A DNA stretch of 29,171 nucleotides, taken from Verrucomicrobiota bacterium (GTDB lineage Bacteria > Verrucomicrobiota > Verrucomicrobiia > Chthoniobacterales > UBA6821). The notes under the pieces are model-generated. The model was not told the DNA's origin and did no database searches. It worked only from the letters and a program-made list of their open reading frames with translations. Shown here piece after piece: positions 8,360 to 15,765 of the stretch. Position 1 is the stretch's first letter. The number at the start of each line of letters is the position of its first letter. The position numbers were made by a program, and so were the translations under genes. The DNA lies in assembly GCA_008932965.1 (NCBI GenBank), contig WBXG01000016.1:1-29171 (forward strand), written 5' to 3'.

Positions 8360-9460
8360 TTACTGTCGAAGCAAACGCCTAAAAAGAATTATTCCAAGAG
8401 TGGTAAAAATAATATTGGGTAACCAAATTAAAACGACAGGAAAAGCATGGGGGTTCGAACGGAATGTATCTGCAATGATGATGAAGAAAAAATAGCCAAA
8501 GGCGACCACAAGGCTTAATGCAAAACCAACAGAGGTCTCTTTTCGATGAGCAGTGATTCCAAGTGGAATTGCAATAAGAGCAAAGGCAAGTGTTGCAAAG
8601 GAAATAGAAAAACGTTTGTTTAATTCAACGAGAAGCTGTAGTTGCTGAGGGGTTTTTTTTCCAATTTCACTAATGAGTTCCGTAAGACGATAAGAATTAA
8701 GATGTCTCCAACGCATTTTTGTTTCAAAGAGTCTTTTAAGTGGCATCGGAAAAATACCTGATTGTATAGAAATTCCTTGACGAATTTTTAGGAAATTATT
8801 TGGTTCTTGAGGATCCCGTTCTTCAAAATGGGCATCTTCTACCTTAAGAAGTAAATGAGAATGATCTTGATCTATTGAGAGATGTCCCTCTTTGGCGAAG
8901 ACAACCTTAGAGAGATGTCCACCCTCAAGCTCAAAGACTAAAAGATTTTTTAACGTCTCTCCTTCTCGAGCTCCTACATAGACGCGTCGATCAGGAAAAT
9001 CCTCGCTTACTTCATCTGATTGAAAGAAAGAGAGGGGGTTACTGGTAGCTATTTTGTAAAGGCTCTCCATCATTGCTTGTTCTGCTCTAGGAGCCACCTC
9101 TAAATTGATCCAGAGACAGATGGCAGTTAAAAAAAGAGAGCTAATCAACACAGGAAAACAAATCCTTGTAAAACTCATCCCCATGGAACGCATAGCGAGA
9201 AGTTCATTATCAGCCGAAAGCCGACCAAAGACGAGGAGGAGTGCTGTTAAAAATCCCCATGGGATAGTGAAGGTCATCGAAAAAGGAAGGACAAATGCAA
9301 TGAAGGCAAATACTGTTTGGAGAGGCACATCATGATTGATCAAAAGATCCAATAATTGCTTGAAGACATTTCCAAGTACCAAGACAAGACTTAAAAGACT
9401 CACCCCCATGAGGGTTGCGATACCAAGCGCAGAAAGAAGATAACGATCAATAATTTTCAA
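8360..9460 (-). CDS. LptF/LptG (YjgP/YjgQ) family LPS export permease
   Basis: 366 aa. The N-terminus MKIIDRYLLSALG is typical of this family. Three N-terminal and three C-terminal hydrophobic helices flank a soluble insert of about 150 aa. The start codon is TTG. Confidence 0.75.
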   Translation of the reverse strand: MKIIDRYLLSALGIATLMGVSLLSLVLVLGNVFKQLLDLLINHDVPLQTVFAFIAFVLPFSMTFTIPWGFLTALLLVFGRLSADNELLAMRSMGMSFTRICFPVLISSLFLTAICLWINLEVAPRAEQAMMESLYKIATSNPLSFFQSDEVSEDFPDRRVYVGAREGETLKNLLVFELEGGHLSKVVFAKEGHLSIDQDHSHLLLKVEDAHFEERDPQEPNNFLKIRQGISIQSGIFPMPLKRLFETKMRWRHLNSYRLTELISEIGKKTPQQLQLLVELNKRFSISFATLAFALIAIPLGITAHRKETSVGFALSLVVAFGYFFFIIIADTFRSNPHAFPVVLIWLPNIIFTTLGIILFRRLLRQ

Positions 9461-9590
9461 AATAAAAAGGGGCTAGAAATTCAAATGTTTCAACATTAGA
9501 GCCTCCTGCTTCAAAGTGCGATCTCCAAATTTAAGCATCGCGTTTCCTTTCTAGAGCCGCTATCATGCATCATTTGTTAACAGCTCTTCT

Positions 9591-11450
9591 ATGACCAACA
9601 ACCCTCATCCTTTTCATCGCTTTGCAGGAACACTTCTATGGGGCAATAGCATTGCTCTTTCTTGGCTCTGGGGCCTAGGACTTTTTTTCTCTGTTCAATT
9701 CACCGTTGATTTTGGATTTTTTGGGCTCCTTACTTTTGTCATCCTCAACTGCTGCGGCTTATTTCTTTTTGGTTACATTACCCATCATATTGCACAGCGA
9801 AGCGAAGGATCCGAATCGCTTGCGAATTTTTTTAATCAATGGTCGCGTCCCTTTCGTTTGGCTTTTTTTCTTTATCAGATACTTGCCATTACCCTCACCA
9901 TTTTTGCTCTGATTCGTTATGCATGGCAACCACTCCATTTTCAGCCCAATGTACTCTACCTCCCATTAACAACTCTCGTTATCTTGGCAGGAAGCATCCT
10001 TTTTGGTGAAGAATTTAATATACGCCGAATCAAATATAGTCACGGATGCCTTTTTCTCCTCATTGCTGGAGCTATCGGTATTATTCTCTCTCACGTAGGA
10101 ACAGCCTACTGGGAAGCCCTTCCTATTCCAGGAAGGCTCTCAACCCATGATCTCAACTTTTACGGTTATCTTGTTCCCATTTGCATAGGTTTCCTCATTG
10201 GTCCCTGGCTTGACTTACAACAATGGCAACGAGCCATTCAGATCAGACGAGAAAATCTTTCAATCACACTCTCCTATGCTTTTGGTGCAGTCATTTTCGG
10301 ACTTGTTCTTCTCTTTCATGGAGCTCTTGCCTTATGGGCCCTTTCTGGAGGAGCAAGTCGGCTTATTCACACAGGTATTGCTGGCTATACTTACTCTGAA
10401 GATTTATTGACACGGGTTTTTTCAGAAGCCTCCTCCAGGAGTCCATGGCTTTTTGGTGCTTACATGACTTTCTTGGTGGTTTGTGGATTAACAACGCTGG
10501 ATAGTGGGTATATTGCTCTACGATGGTTTTTAAAAAGTAATGCGAACCGCAGTTCCCATCCCATTTTTTCTTTGATTCCATCCTGGTTTCTTACCTCCCC
10601 TATTTTACCTTTCCTCTTCTGTGGCATTGTGGCGGTGAGTGCTGCTGCTATCGAATTAGAGCTAGAATATTTTATGATATTCTATGCTACTTTTTTTGTC
10701 GGATACGAAGCACTTTCGATTGGGAGAGCTTTTATGAATGGGCCAGTTAATGTCATTCCTCAGGTCAAAATGTTTTGTATCGGTTCACTTGCAGTTGTGA
10801 TTTTTTCTTATGGATACTTTCTGCACCAACCGATTTTTCAAATACTCGGATCCCTCATGCCGCTGGGTTATGTTTTTTGGCTCATGCTTAAACCGATGGC
10901 GGCAGAGGATTTTACTGTGGGCAATGAAGAATTAGAGGAGACATCACTATTACAAAGCGCTCCTGTTGTTCTCATGAAAACAACCACGTTAGCAACACAC
11001 ATTCCAACCAATGATACTCTCACGCATTCCATCACTGGACATTTTGAGGATAAGTGGTTCATCCATACTTTTATTGCCACTTATGCAGATACAAATTCTG
11101 TGGGAAATGTTTACTTTGGTATGTATGCCATGTGGGTGGGAAAAACTCGGGAGCTTTTCTTTAATCAAGTTATGCCTAAGTTCAATTTGAGAGAGACTCC
11201 CTATTATATTTTAACACGCTCCTTCGAGCATAAATTCGTACGAGAAACACGAGAATTCGAAACGGTGAGTGTTCGTATTCGTATTGCGAGTTACAATCGT
11301 AAATTTGTCACCTTAGAGCATGAAATTTATGACTCTCAAGGACATCTTCTTGGAAAAGGAAATCAAGGGCTTCTCTTTGTTTCTTCAACAAATTATAAAA
11401 TGCTCGATATCCCACAAGATGTCGTTTCAGCCTTTATAGCACATACCTAG
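9591..11450 (+). CDS. Polytopic membrane protein fused to a C-terminal 4HBT/hotdog-fold acyl-CoA thioesterase domain
   Basis: 619 aa. About 440 aa carry at least 10 hydrophobic segments. The following domain contains YADTNSVGNVYFGMYAMWVGKTRELFF, the YbgC/4HBT thioesterase signature. Confidence 0.5.
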   Translation: MTNNPHPFHRFAGTLLWGNSIALSWLWGLGLFFSVQFTVDFGFFGLLTFVILNCCGLFLFGYITHHIAQRSEGSESLANFFNQWSRPFRLAFFLYQILAITLTIFALIRYAWQPLHFQPNVLYLPLTTLVILAGSILFGEEFNIRRIKYSHGCLFLLIAGAIGIILSHVGTAYWEALPIPGRLSTHDLNFYGYLVPICIGFLIGPWLDLQQWQRAIQIRRENLSITLSYAFGAVIFGLVLLFHGALALWALSGGASRLIHTGIAGYTYSEDLLTRVFSEASSRSPWLFGAYMTFLVVCGLTTLDSGYIALRWFLKSNANRSSHPIFSLIPSWFLTSPILPFLFCGIVAVSAAAIELELEYFMIFYATFFVGYEALSIGRAFMNGPVNVIPQVKMFCIGSLAVVIFSYGYFLHQPIFQILGSLMPLGYVFWLMLKPMAAEDFTVGNEELEETSLLQSAPVVLMKTTTLATHIPTNDTLTHSITGHFEDKWFIHTFIATYADTNSVGNVYFGMYAMWVGKTRELFFNQVMPKFNLRETPYYILTRSFEHKFVRETREFETVSVRIRIASYNRKFVTLEHEIYDSQGHLLGKGNQGLLFVSSTNYKMLDIPQDVVSAFIAHT

Positions 11451-11458
11451 ATGAGCTT

Positions 11459-11731
11459 TAACCCGGATATTTCATACTGATCGTGACGAGGAGGCCGTGA
11501 AGGCTGATGGGGCACCACCGGCGGTCGGGAGACCGTGGGGGAGACTGCCCTGGCTTTAGGGGGCAGCCCTGAAAGGGCGAGACGAGCGGGAGATAGCGAA
11601 GTCAACGCAGACAAGCATTTTGACGACGGCTGTGTGTGTACACACTGCCTGAGGATGACTTCGAGCTTGGGCGAAGCATCTACCCTTGCTTCCAGGCTTC
11701 CGAAATAGATTGGTATAAAATATCCAGGTGA
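11459..11731 (+). mobile_element. MITE-like element, copy R4, 273-bp form with one extra module
   Basis: TA-ACCCGGATATTTCATACTGATCGTGACGAGGAGG matches R6. An internal module of about 90 bp (CCACCGGCGGTCGGGAGACCG...GAAAGGGCGAGACGAGCGGG) is the reverse complement of a module in R3. The central GTGTGTGTACACAC is present. The right end is degenerate (GGTATAAAATATCCAGGT-GA). Confidence 0.85.
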
Positions 11732-11736
11732 GATTG

Positions 11737-13131
11737 TTATGATTCGCCAGCTTCATGAGAAGCATGAGACTCTTTTATTACCCCTCCTTTATCAATACCT
11801 ACCGGTACTAAAATAGCATCACTCATTCCATGAAGGATTTTTTTATCTGCAGGACAAAGTGTAGCGAGTCCACCAGCAAGGGTGACTTTTTCTCCAGAGA
11901 CAAAATAGTACGGGGTAAGGCGAACACGAGCTGGCATTTCGGTGATTTCTTTAGAACAACTGAAATATGGTTGGTTTGTTAATACAGATCGATGAAAGCG
12001 CTGGAGAAGGTGTGGGTGTGTTTCATATTCATCAAGGGCTACTTGAAGCACCTCCTGCCATTCTTTTTTTGAAAGATCATGCCCTACAGCGACTCCACGA
12101 GACCCCCACGCACGTGCGTCAAAACCACTGATTTTGATAACAAGGTCACGTCCTTGTTGGCTTAAATTGCTAACCTCCTTCCACGACTGCACTTCAAGGC
12201 GAGGATAGACTGCTTGAGGGGGTAACGGCATAGGATCTAAAATCCAACTATAGGGGATAATTTCTTTTAATTGCTCCCATCCTCGCTCCGTGAGCTGCCT
12301 GATCCAAAACTCCTCCAGCGGCTTCATCCAAAAAAGAGCGAACCAAAGTTTTTCTTCAAGTTGCGGCTTCGGTGGTGGTGTCATTGAGATCTCTCCATCA
12401 CGTGCTCGTGCAAGGAGATCAGCGGCACACTCCACATTAGTAATATCAAAGAGTTCAAAAAAACGATACACCCGAGAAGCCCACCTGTTTTGATCCTTTG
12501 TAGAAAGCAATCTCCATTTTGTTTCTGGAAAATAGTGTTGAAGCTCTCCTATTAAGTAAAGCATCTCTGGACGGTATGTTGCAGATTCTTCCGAAATGAA
12601 AATATCTCCTTCGTTACTTCCTTTAAAAATCGATTCAAATCCATGAAGCATTCCTTGTGGACCACCTAGAATGGAATAACCGAACTCTGTGTATATCTTT
12701 TGCAACCAGGCTGTGAGTCCGATACCACCAGGAATTTGGTCCAGTTCACACATCATATAACCCTCCTCTGTGAGAAGGAGATCTGGTCGAATTACTGAGG
12801 CTGTTACTCCACGAAAGATTTTGGAACGAGCAAGTTCTATTAGCTCAGGCGGCTTTCCACGATCGAGCAATAAAGCAATCCAGGAAGGTTGCTTTCCTTC
12901 AACGCTCTGACGATAGAGTAAATCACACGCTTTATTAAAAGCATGCAAACGATCTCCTAGTTTTTCTAATTTTTTGTGAAACTCCGGTGAAATCAAAAAT
13001 GGTTCTGGCGACTCTCTCCACGTCTTTTGATCAAAAAAACCGTGTTCTGGTAATGATTGCTGCAACGTCTCATAAATCTTTTGCTCTTCTTGAGAAGCAA
13101 GTCGAGAGAGAGAAGGAGGATTCATGTTCAA
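11737..13131 (-). CDS. Hypothetical protein, possibly an ATP-grasp-type ligase
   Basis: 464 aa. IRPDLLLTEEGYMMCELDQIPGGIG, LVIKISGFDARAWGSRGVAVG and RLTPYYFVSGEKVTLAGGLATLCP resemble ATP-grasp (glutathione-synthetase-like) strand motifs. No firm family assignment is possible by eye. Confidence 0.35.
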   Translation of the reverse strand: MNMNPPSLSRLASQEEQKIYETLQQSLPEHGFFDQKTWRESPEPFLISPEFHKKLEKLGDRLHAFNKACDLLYRQSVEGKQPSWIALLLDRGKPPELIELARSKIFRGVTASVIRPDLLLTEEGYMMCELDQIPGGIGLTAWLQKIYTEFGYSILGGPQGMLHGFESIFKGSNEGDIFISEESATYRPEMLYLIGELQHYFPETKWRLLSTKDQNRWASRVYRFFELFDITNVECAADLLARARDGEISMTPPPKPQLEEKLWFALFWMKPLEEFWIRQLTERGWEQLKEIIPYSWILDPMPLPPQAVYPRLEVQSWKEVSNLSQQGRDLVIKISGFDARAWGSRGVAVGHDLSKKEWQEVLQVALDEYETHPHLLQRFHRSVLTNQPYFSCSKEITEMPARVRLTPYYFVSGEKVTLAGGLATLCPADKKILHGMSDAILVPVGIDKGGVIKESHASHEAGES

Positions 13132-13237
13132 AGAATAGTGATTTTTCCCATTCTATTAACAAATAATTTTTATATCGAGTGTGGAGTGGTTATTGTACTA
13201 GATTTGGTGCATCACAGGAACCTCAACCCGATTGATT

Positions 13238-13564
13238 ATGTTTGAATCAGGAGAAAAAATTGTCTGTATCAATGATACATTCGAAGCATTGCACCGAAAA
13301 ATTTATCGTGAGCTCCCCAAAAAAGGGAGTGTATATACGGTTCGAGAATGTTCTCTCGGTCGACTTAAAACAGGTGCCGCTAATCCTGGAGTGAGTTACC
13401 GTATTCTTTTAGAAGAATTGTTTAATGATCTGGATCCCTACATGGACGAAGGAATGGCTGAGGAACTCGGTTTTCGATCAGATCGCTTTGCTCCCGTCAT
13501 CGGCATCGAAGAATCTGAGGAAGCAAAAAATACAGAAGCCATCGGAGTCAACTATGAGTCATGA
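13238..13564 (+). CDS. Hypothetical small protein
   Basis: 108-aa ORF from the ATG at 13238 (the ORF track starts at a TTG two codons upstream). No recognisable motif. The codon usage looks like neighbouring genes. Confidence 0.35.
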   Translation: MFESGEKIVCINDTFEALHRKIYRELPKKGSVYTVRECSLGRLKTGAANPGVSYRILLEELFNDLDPYMDEGMAEELGFRSDRFAPVIGIEESEEAKNTEAIGVNYES

Positions 13565-13579
13565 TGATAACTCGATGTG

Positions 13580-13614
13580 AGCTGCAGCGGAATCAGTATG
13601 AAATATGCAGGCTA
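13580..13614. repeat. Solo terminal fragment of the MITE-like family (R5)
   Basis: AGCTGCAGCGGAATCAGTATGAAATATGCAGGC-TA matches the right end of R1/R10 (AGCCGCAGCAGAATCGGTATGAAATAGGCGGGT-TA). Confidence 0.7.
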
Positions 13615-13634
13615 GGAATGTGCAAGAATGTTTC

Positions 13635-15428
13635 CTAGAAATCACGATAGTATGGTTTTTGATAGGTTTCCATTAACTGTCTATAAATTCCGATTTGGGG
13701 ACCGATTTTAGACCTGCAATTCTCAATTGCATGGAGCATTTCACTCCATTCTTTTTTTTGTTCTGGAAAACCTTGGTAATTTTCAATTTTAGATCGGAGT
13801 GCGATCACCTTATTGCAAGAAACTCGAAGATCTTCTGCCTTAGTAATGACCTCTCCATAGGCCATAGAAGCCTCGGAAGTGCTCACCTTTCGAGCCACTT
13901 GAAGAGCGACGAGGTATTCTCTTTCACAATGAGTGAAATCTGATACTGCTTTGGATATTTCGAACTTTTCTTTAAAAGAGTTCCCGTCTAGTGGCAGTTT
14001 TTCCTGAGATTTTTTTAAGAGAGACGTGCGTTCCGTGACTTCAGCTGCAGTGCCTTCAAATGAGTAGGATTTTCTTAAGCCTGCTCCTACAAAAGGTCTT
14101 ACTGAAGAAAATTTCTTTTTGGGAGACGGAGTTTCGTCAGCAGTAATTACTCCTCCCTTTTTGATAGAATCTAACAAAGGAGTTGTTTCCGCTGGTTCTA
14201 TTTTAGTCCCTGCAAATCGATTGTTTGAACTACCTAATCCTCTTGGAGCATTCTTTGTATTAGGTGAACTAAGTGAATATAATCTGTGTTCATCACCTCT
14301 ATGATCTATTGAAGTTTTTTCTATGCTTCCGTACATATCATTACCTTTTCCTAAAACAAGAGAGGCGTACAAGTCGGTTTTACTCGAAGCGTTACCCATC
14401 ACTCTTTCTTCCTCTCTATGTACTAGGAGATGCTCGTTTTCATTCAGAATCAAGGCTCTTCTTGGTGAGTAGAATATTCCCATTAAAAAAAGACCTATCC
14501 ATTCAAAAGAAGCCCCTGCTGCCTCTTCTAATCCCATGCTAGCAGTGCAAGAAGAGGCCACAGCATGAAAGGTGATAATATTTGATTTTAAATAAGGATC
14601 GCAACAGGCTGCATGATTTTCTGAAATAAAATCAATAAAATCTGTTCCGCTACCATCTTCCAGAAAGGGAGAGTCTTCATTTTGATTTCTTTCTTCAGTG
14701 ATGATTTTGGATTCCCTCCACTCGGCTTTATGCTCTTGAAGAGTCTGATCAGCCCTCTTTAATGATGAGATGTTTTGCAACCAGTGAGAATAATAACTTG
14801 CAGAAGTACGATCTACAAAAGGGATGGATCTACTGTTATTAGCACTCCTAGAAAGCAGATAGTAATACTCGCCAGGATTACCCATGCGTATGACATCCTC
14901 CATTGAAGCGGCATACAAGTTATTGAAATCATTTTGTGCCACTGCATTGAGAAAAGAAGAGTAGCTTAGATTACTGAGATCGAGATTCGATTCATGACTC
15001 AAAGCGTTGTGTAAAAAAACCAAATTCAGCAACCATACCAAACAAGTTAGAACTAGCCCGAATATTTCATACTGATCGTGACGAGGAGGCTGCGAAAGCT
15101 GATGGGGCAAGGCGAGCGATGAAGTCTGACGACGGCTGTGTGTGTACACACTGCCCGAGGAAGACTTCGAGATCAACGCAGCATCCATCTGACTTCCCGG
15201 TCTCCGCAGTAGATCAGAATGAAATAGGCGGGCTAGCCCGAATATTTCATACTGAAGTGTCATGAGGCGCTGTACAAAGCTTGTTAGTGCAAGGCGGCCG
15301 AAGGATTGGAATGCCGGGCTGTAGGAGTCCCTGCAGCTCGAGTCACGATGTGAATCTAGCGAAGCATCTCTCTGGCTTTCTGCTCTCCGCAGGTAATAAG
15401 TATTAAACATGCTGGTTACACTTGTCAT
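13635..15428 (-). CDS. Orphan hypothetical protein; the 5' 125 codons are encoded by two tandem repeat elements, so the true start is uncertain
   Basis: 597-codon ORF with no recognisable domain. Codons 4-125 lie in R7+R6. A hydrophobic stretch, VLTCLVWLLNLVFL, follows directly. Alternative starts are TTG at 15041 and ATG at 14903. Confidence 0.45.
   Translation of the reverse strand: MTSVTSMFNTYYLRRAESQRDASLDSHRDSSCRDSYSPAFQSFGRLALTSFVQRLMTLQYEIFGLARLFHSDLLRRPGSQMDAALISKSSSGSVYTHSRRQTSSLALPHQLSQPPRHDQYEIFGLVLTCLVWLLNLVFLHNALSHESNLDLSNLSYSSFLNAVAQNDFNNLYAASMEDVIRMGNPGEYYYLLSRSANNSRSIPFVDRTSASYYSHWLQNISSLKRADQTLQEHKAEWRESKIITEERNQNEDSPFLEDGSGTDFIDFISENHAACCDPYLKSNIITFHAVASSCTASMGLEEAAGASFEWIGLFLMGIFYSPRRALILNENEHLLVHREEERVMGNASSKTDLYASLVLGKGNDMYGSIEKTSIDHRGDEHRLYSLSSPNTKNAPRGLGSSNNRFAGTKIEPAETTPLLDSIKKGGVITADETPSPKKKFSSVRPFVGAGLRKSYSFEGTAAEVTERTSLLKKSQEKLPLDGNSFKEKFEISKAVSDFTHCEREYLVALQVARKVSTSEASMAYGEVITKAEDLRVSCNKVIALRSKIENYQGFPEQKKEWSEMLHAIENCRSKIGPQIGIYRQLMETYQKPYYRDF
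15054..15235 (+). mobile_element. MITE-like element, copy R6 (182 bp, reference short form)
   Basis: TA-GCCCGAATATTTCATACTGATCGTGACGAGG...GTGTGTACACAC (15140-15151, exactly central)...GATCAGAATGAAATAGGCGGGC-TA. GC is 98/182 by hand count. Confidence 0.9.
15234..15418 (+). mobile_element. MITE-like element, copy R7, in tandem with R6 and sharing one TA
   Basis: It has the same left end, TA-GCCCGAATATTTCATACTGA. The interior is diverged, with GCGAAGCATCT shared with R4. The right end is degenerate (GTATTAAACATGCTGGT-TA). Confidence 0.8.
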
Positions 15429-15558
15429 TATAGTAAAAAATATGTTCTAATTGATTCTTGTTTAGTGCTTGCTGTGTACTTTAAAAATAGGAAAAAGCTC
15501 CCATTGTTGGCGACAACGGTGGATGCCGCATAATTAAACAGCCTTTTAAAAAAAGCTT

Positions 15559-15631
15559 GGGGGTATAGCTCAACGGTTAGAGCAGCCGGCTCATAACTGG
15601 TTGGTTCCTGGTTCGAATCCAGGTACCCCCA
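15559..15631 (+). tRNA. tRNA with CAT anticodon (elongator Met or lysidine-type Ile2; not an initiator)
   Basis: Acceptor GGGGGTA/TACCCCC with a paired 1:72. D arm GCTC-AACGGTTA-GAGC. Anticodon loop CTCATAA. T arm CCTGG-TTCGAAT-CCAGG. No CCA is encoded. Confidence 0.88.
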
Positions 15632-15633
15632 CT

Positions 15634-15649
15634 TAACCCGGATATTTCA
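15634..15649. repeat. Solo left-type terminus of the MITE-like family (R8), 3 nt after the tRNA 3' end
   Basis: TA-ACCCGGATATTTCA is identical to the first 16 nt of R4. Similarity fades after that. Confidence 0.55.
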
Positions 15650-15765
15650 ATGGTTGCCGGTAGTGATGAGTTCTCAGTTGTCAGAAGATTACATTACGTT
15701 AGCATAAGTCATCTATAATCCTTCAGTTTTGGGAAAAGAAATTTATAAATTCAAATTTTCACATT

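Noticed and set aside
7949-8382. Four overlapping ORFs of 63-88 aa (7949..8194 +, 8045..8311 -, 8106..8324 +, 8191..8382 +)
   Set aside because: All lie inside the GC-rich repeat copy R3. Several frames are open simply because stop codons are rare there. The same peptides (for example SGFAAPR(N/D)EPV) recur in ORF 17263..17457 inside R10, so they track the repeat, not a gene.
9469-9495. GGGGCTAGAAATTCAAATGTTTCAACA resembling an end-TA-end junction
   Set aside because: The similarity is limited to GGGCTAG plus a loose AT-rich match and is not convincing.
11556-11765. 69-aa ORF on the minus strand
   Set aside because: It lies within repeat copy R4 and overlaps the 3' end of the neighbouring gene. 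It is a repeat-derived open frame.
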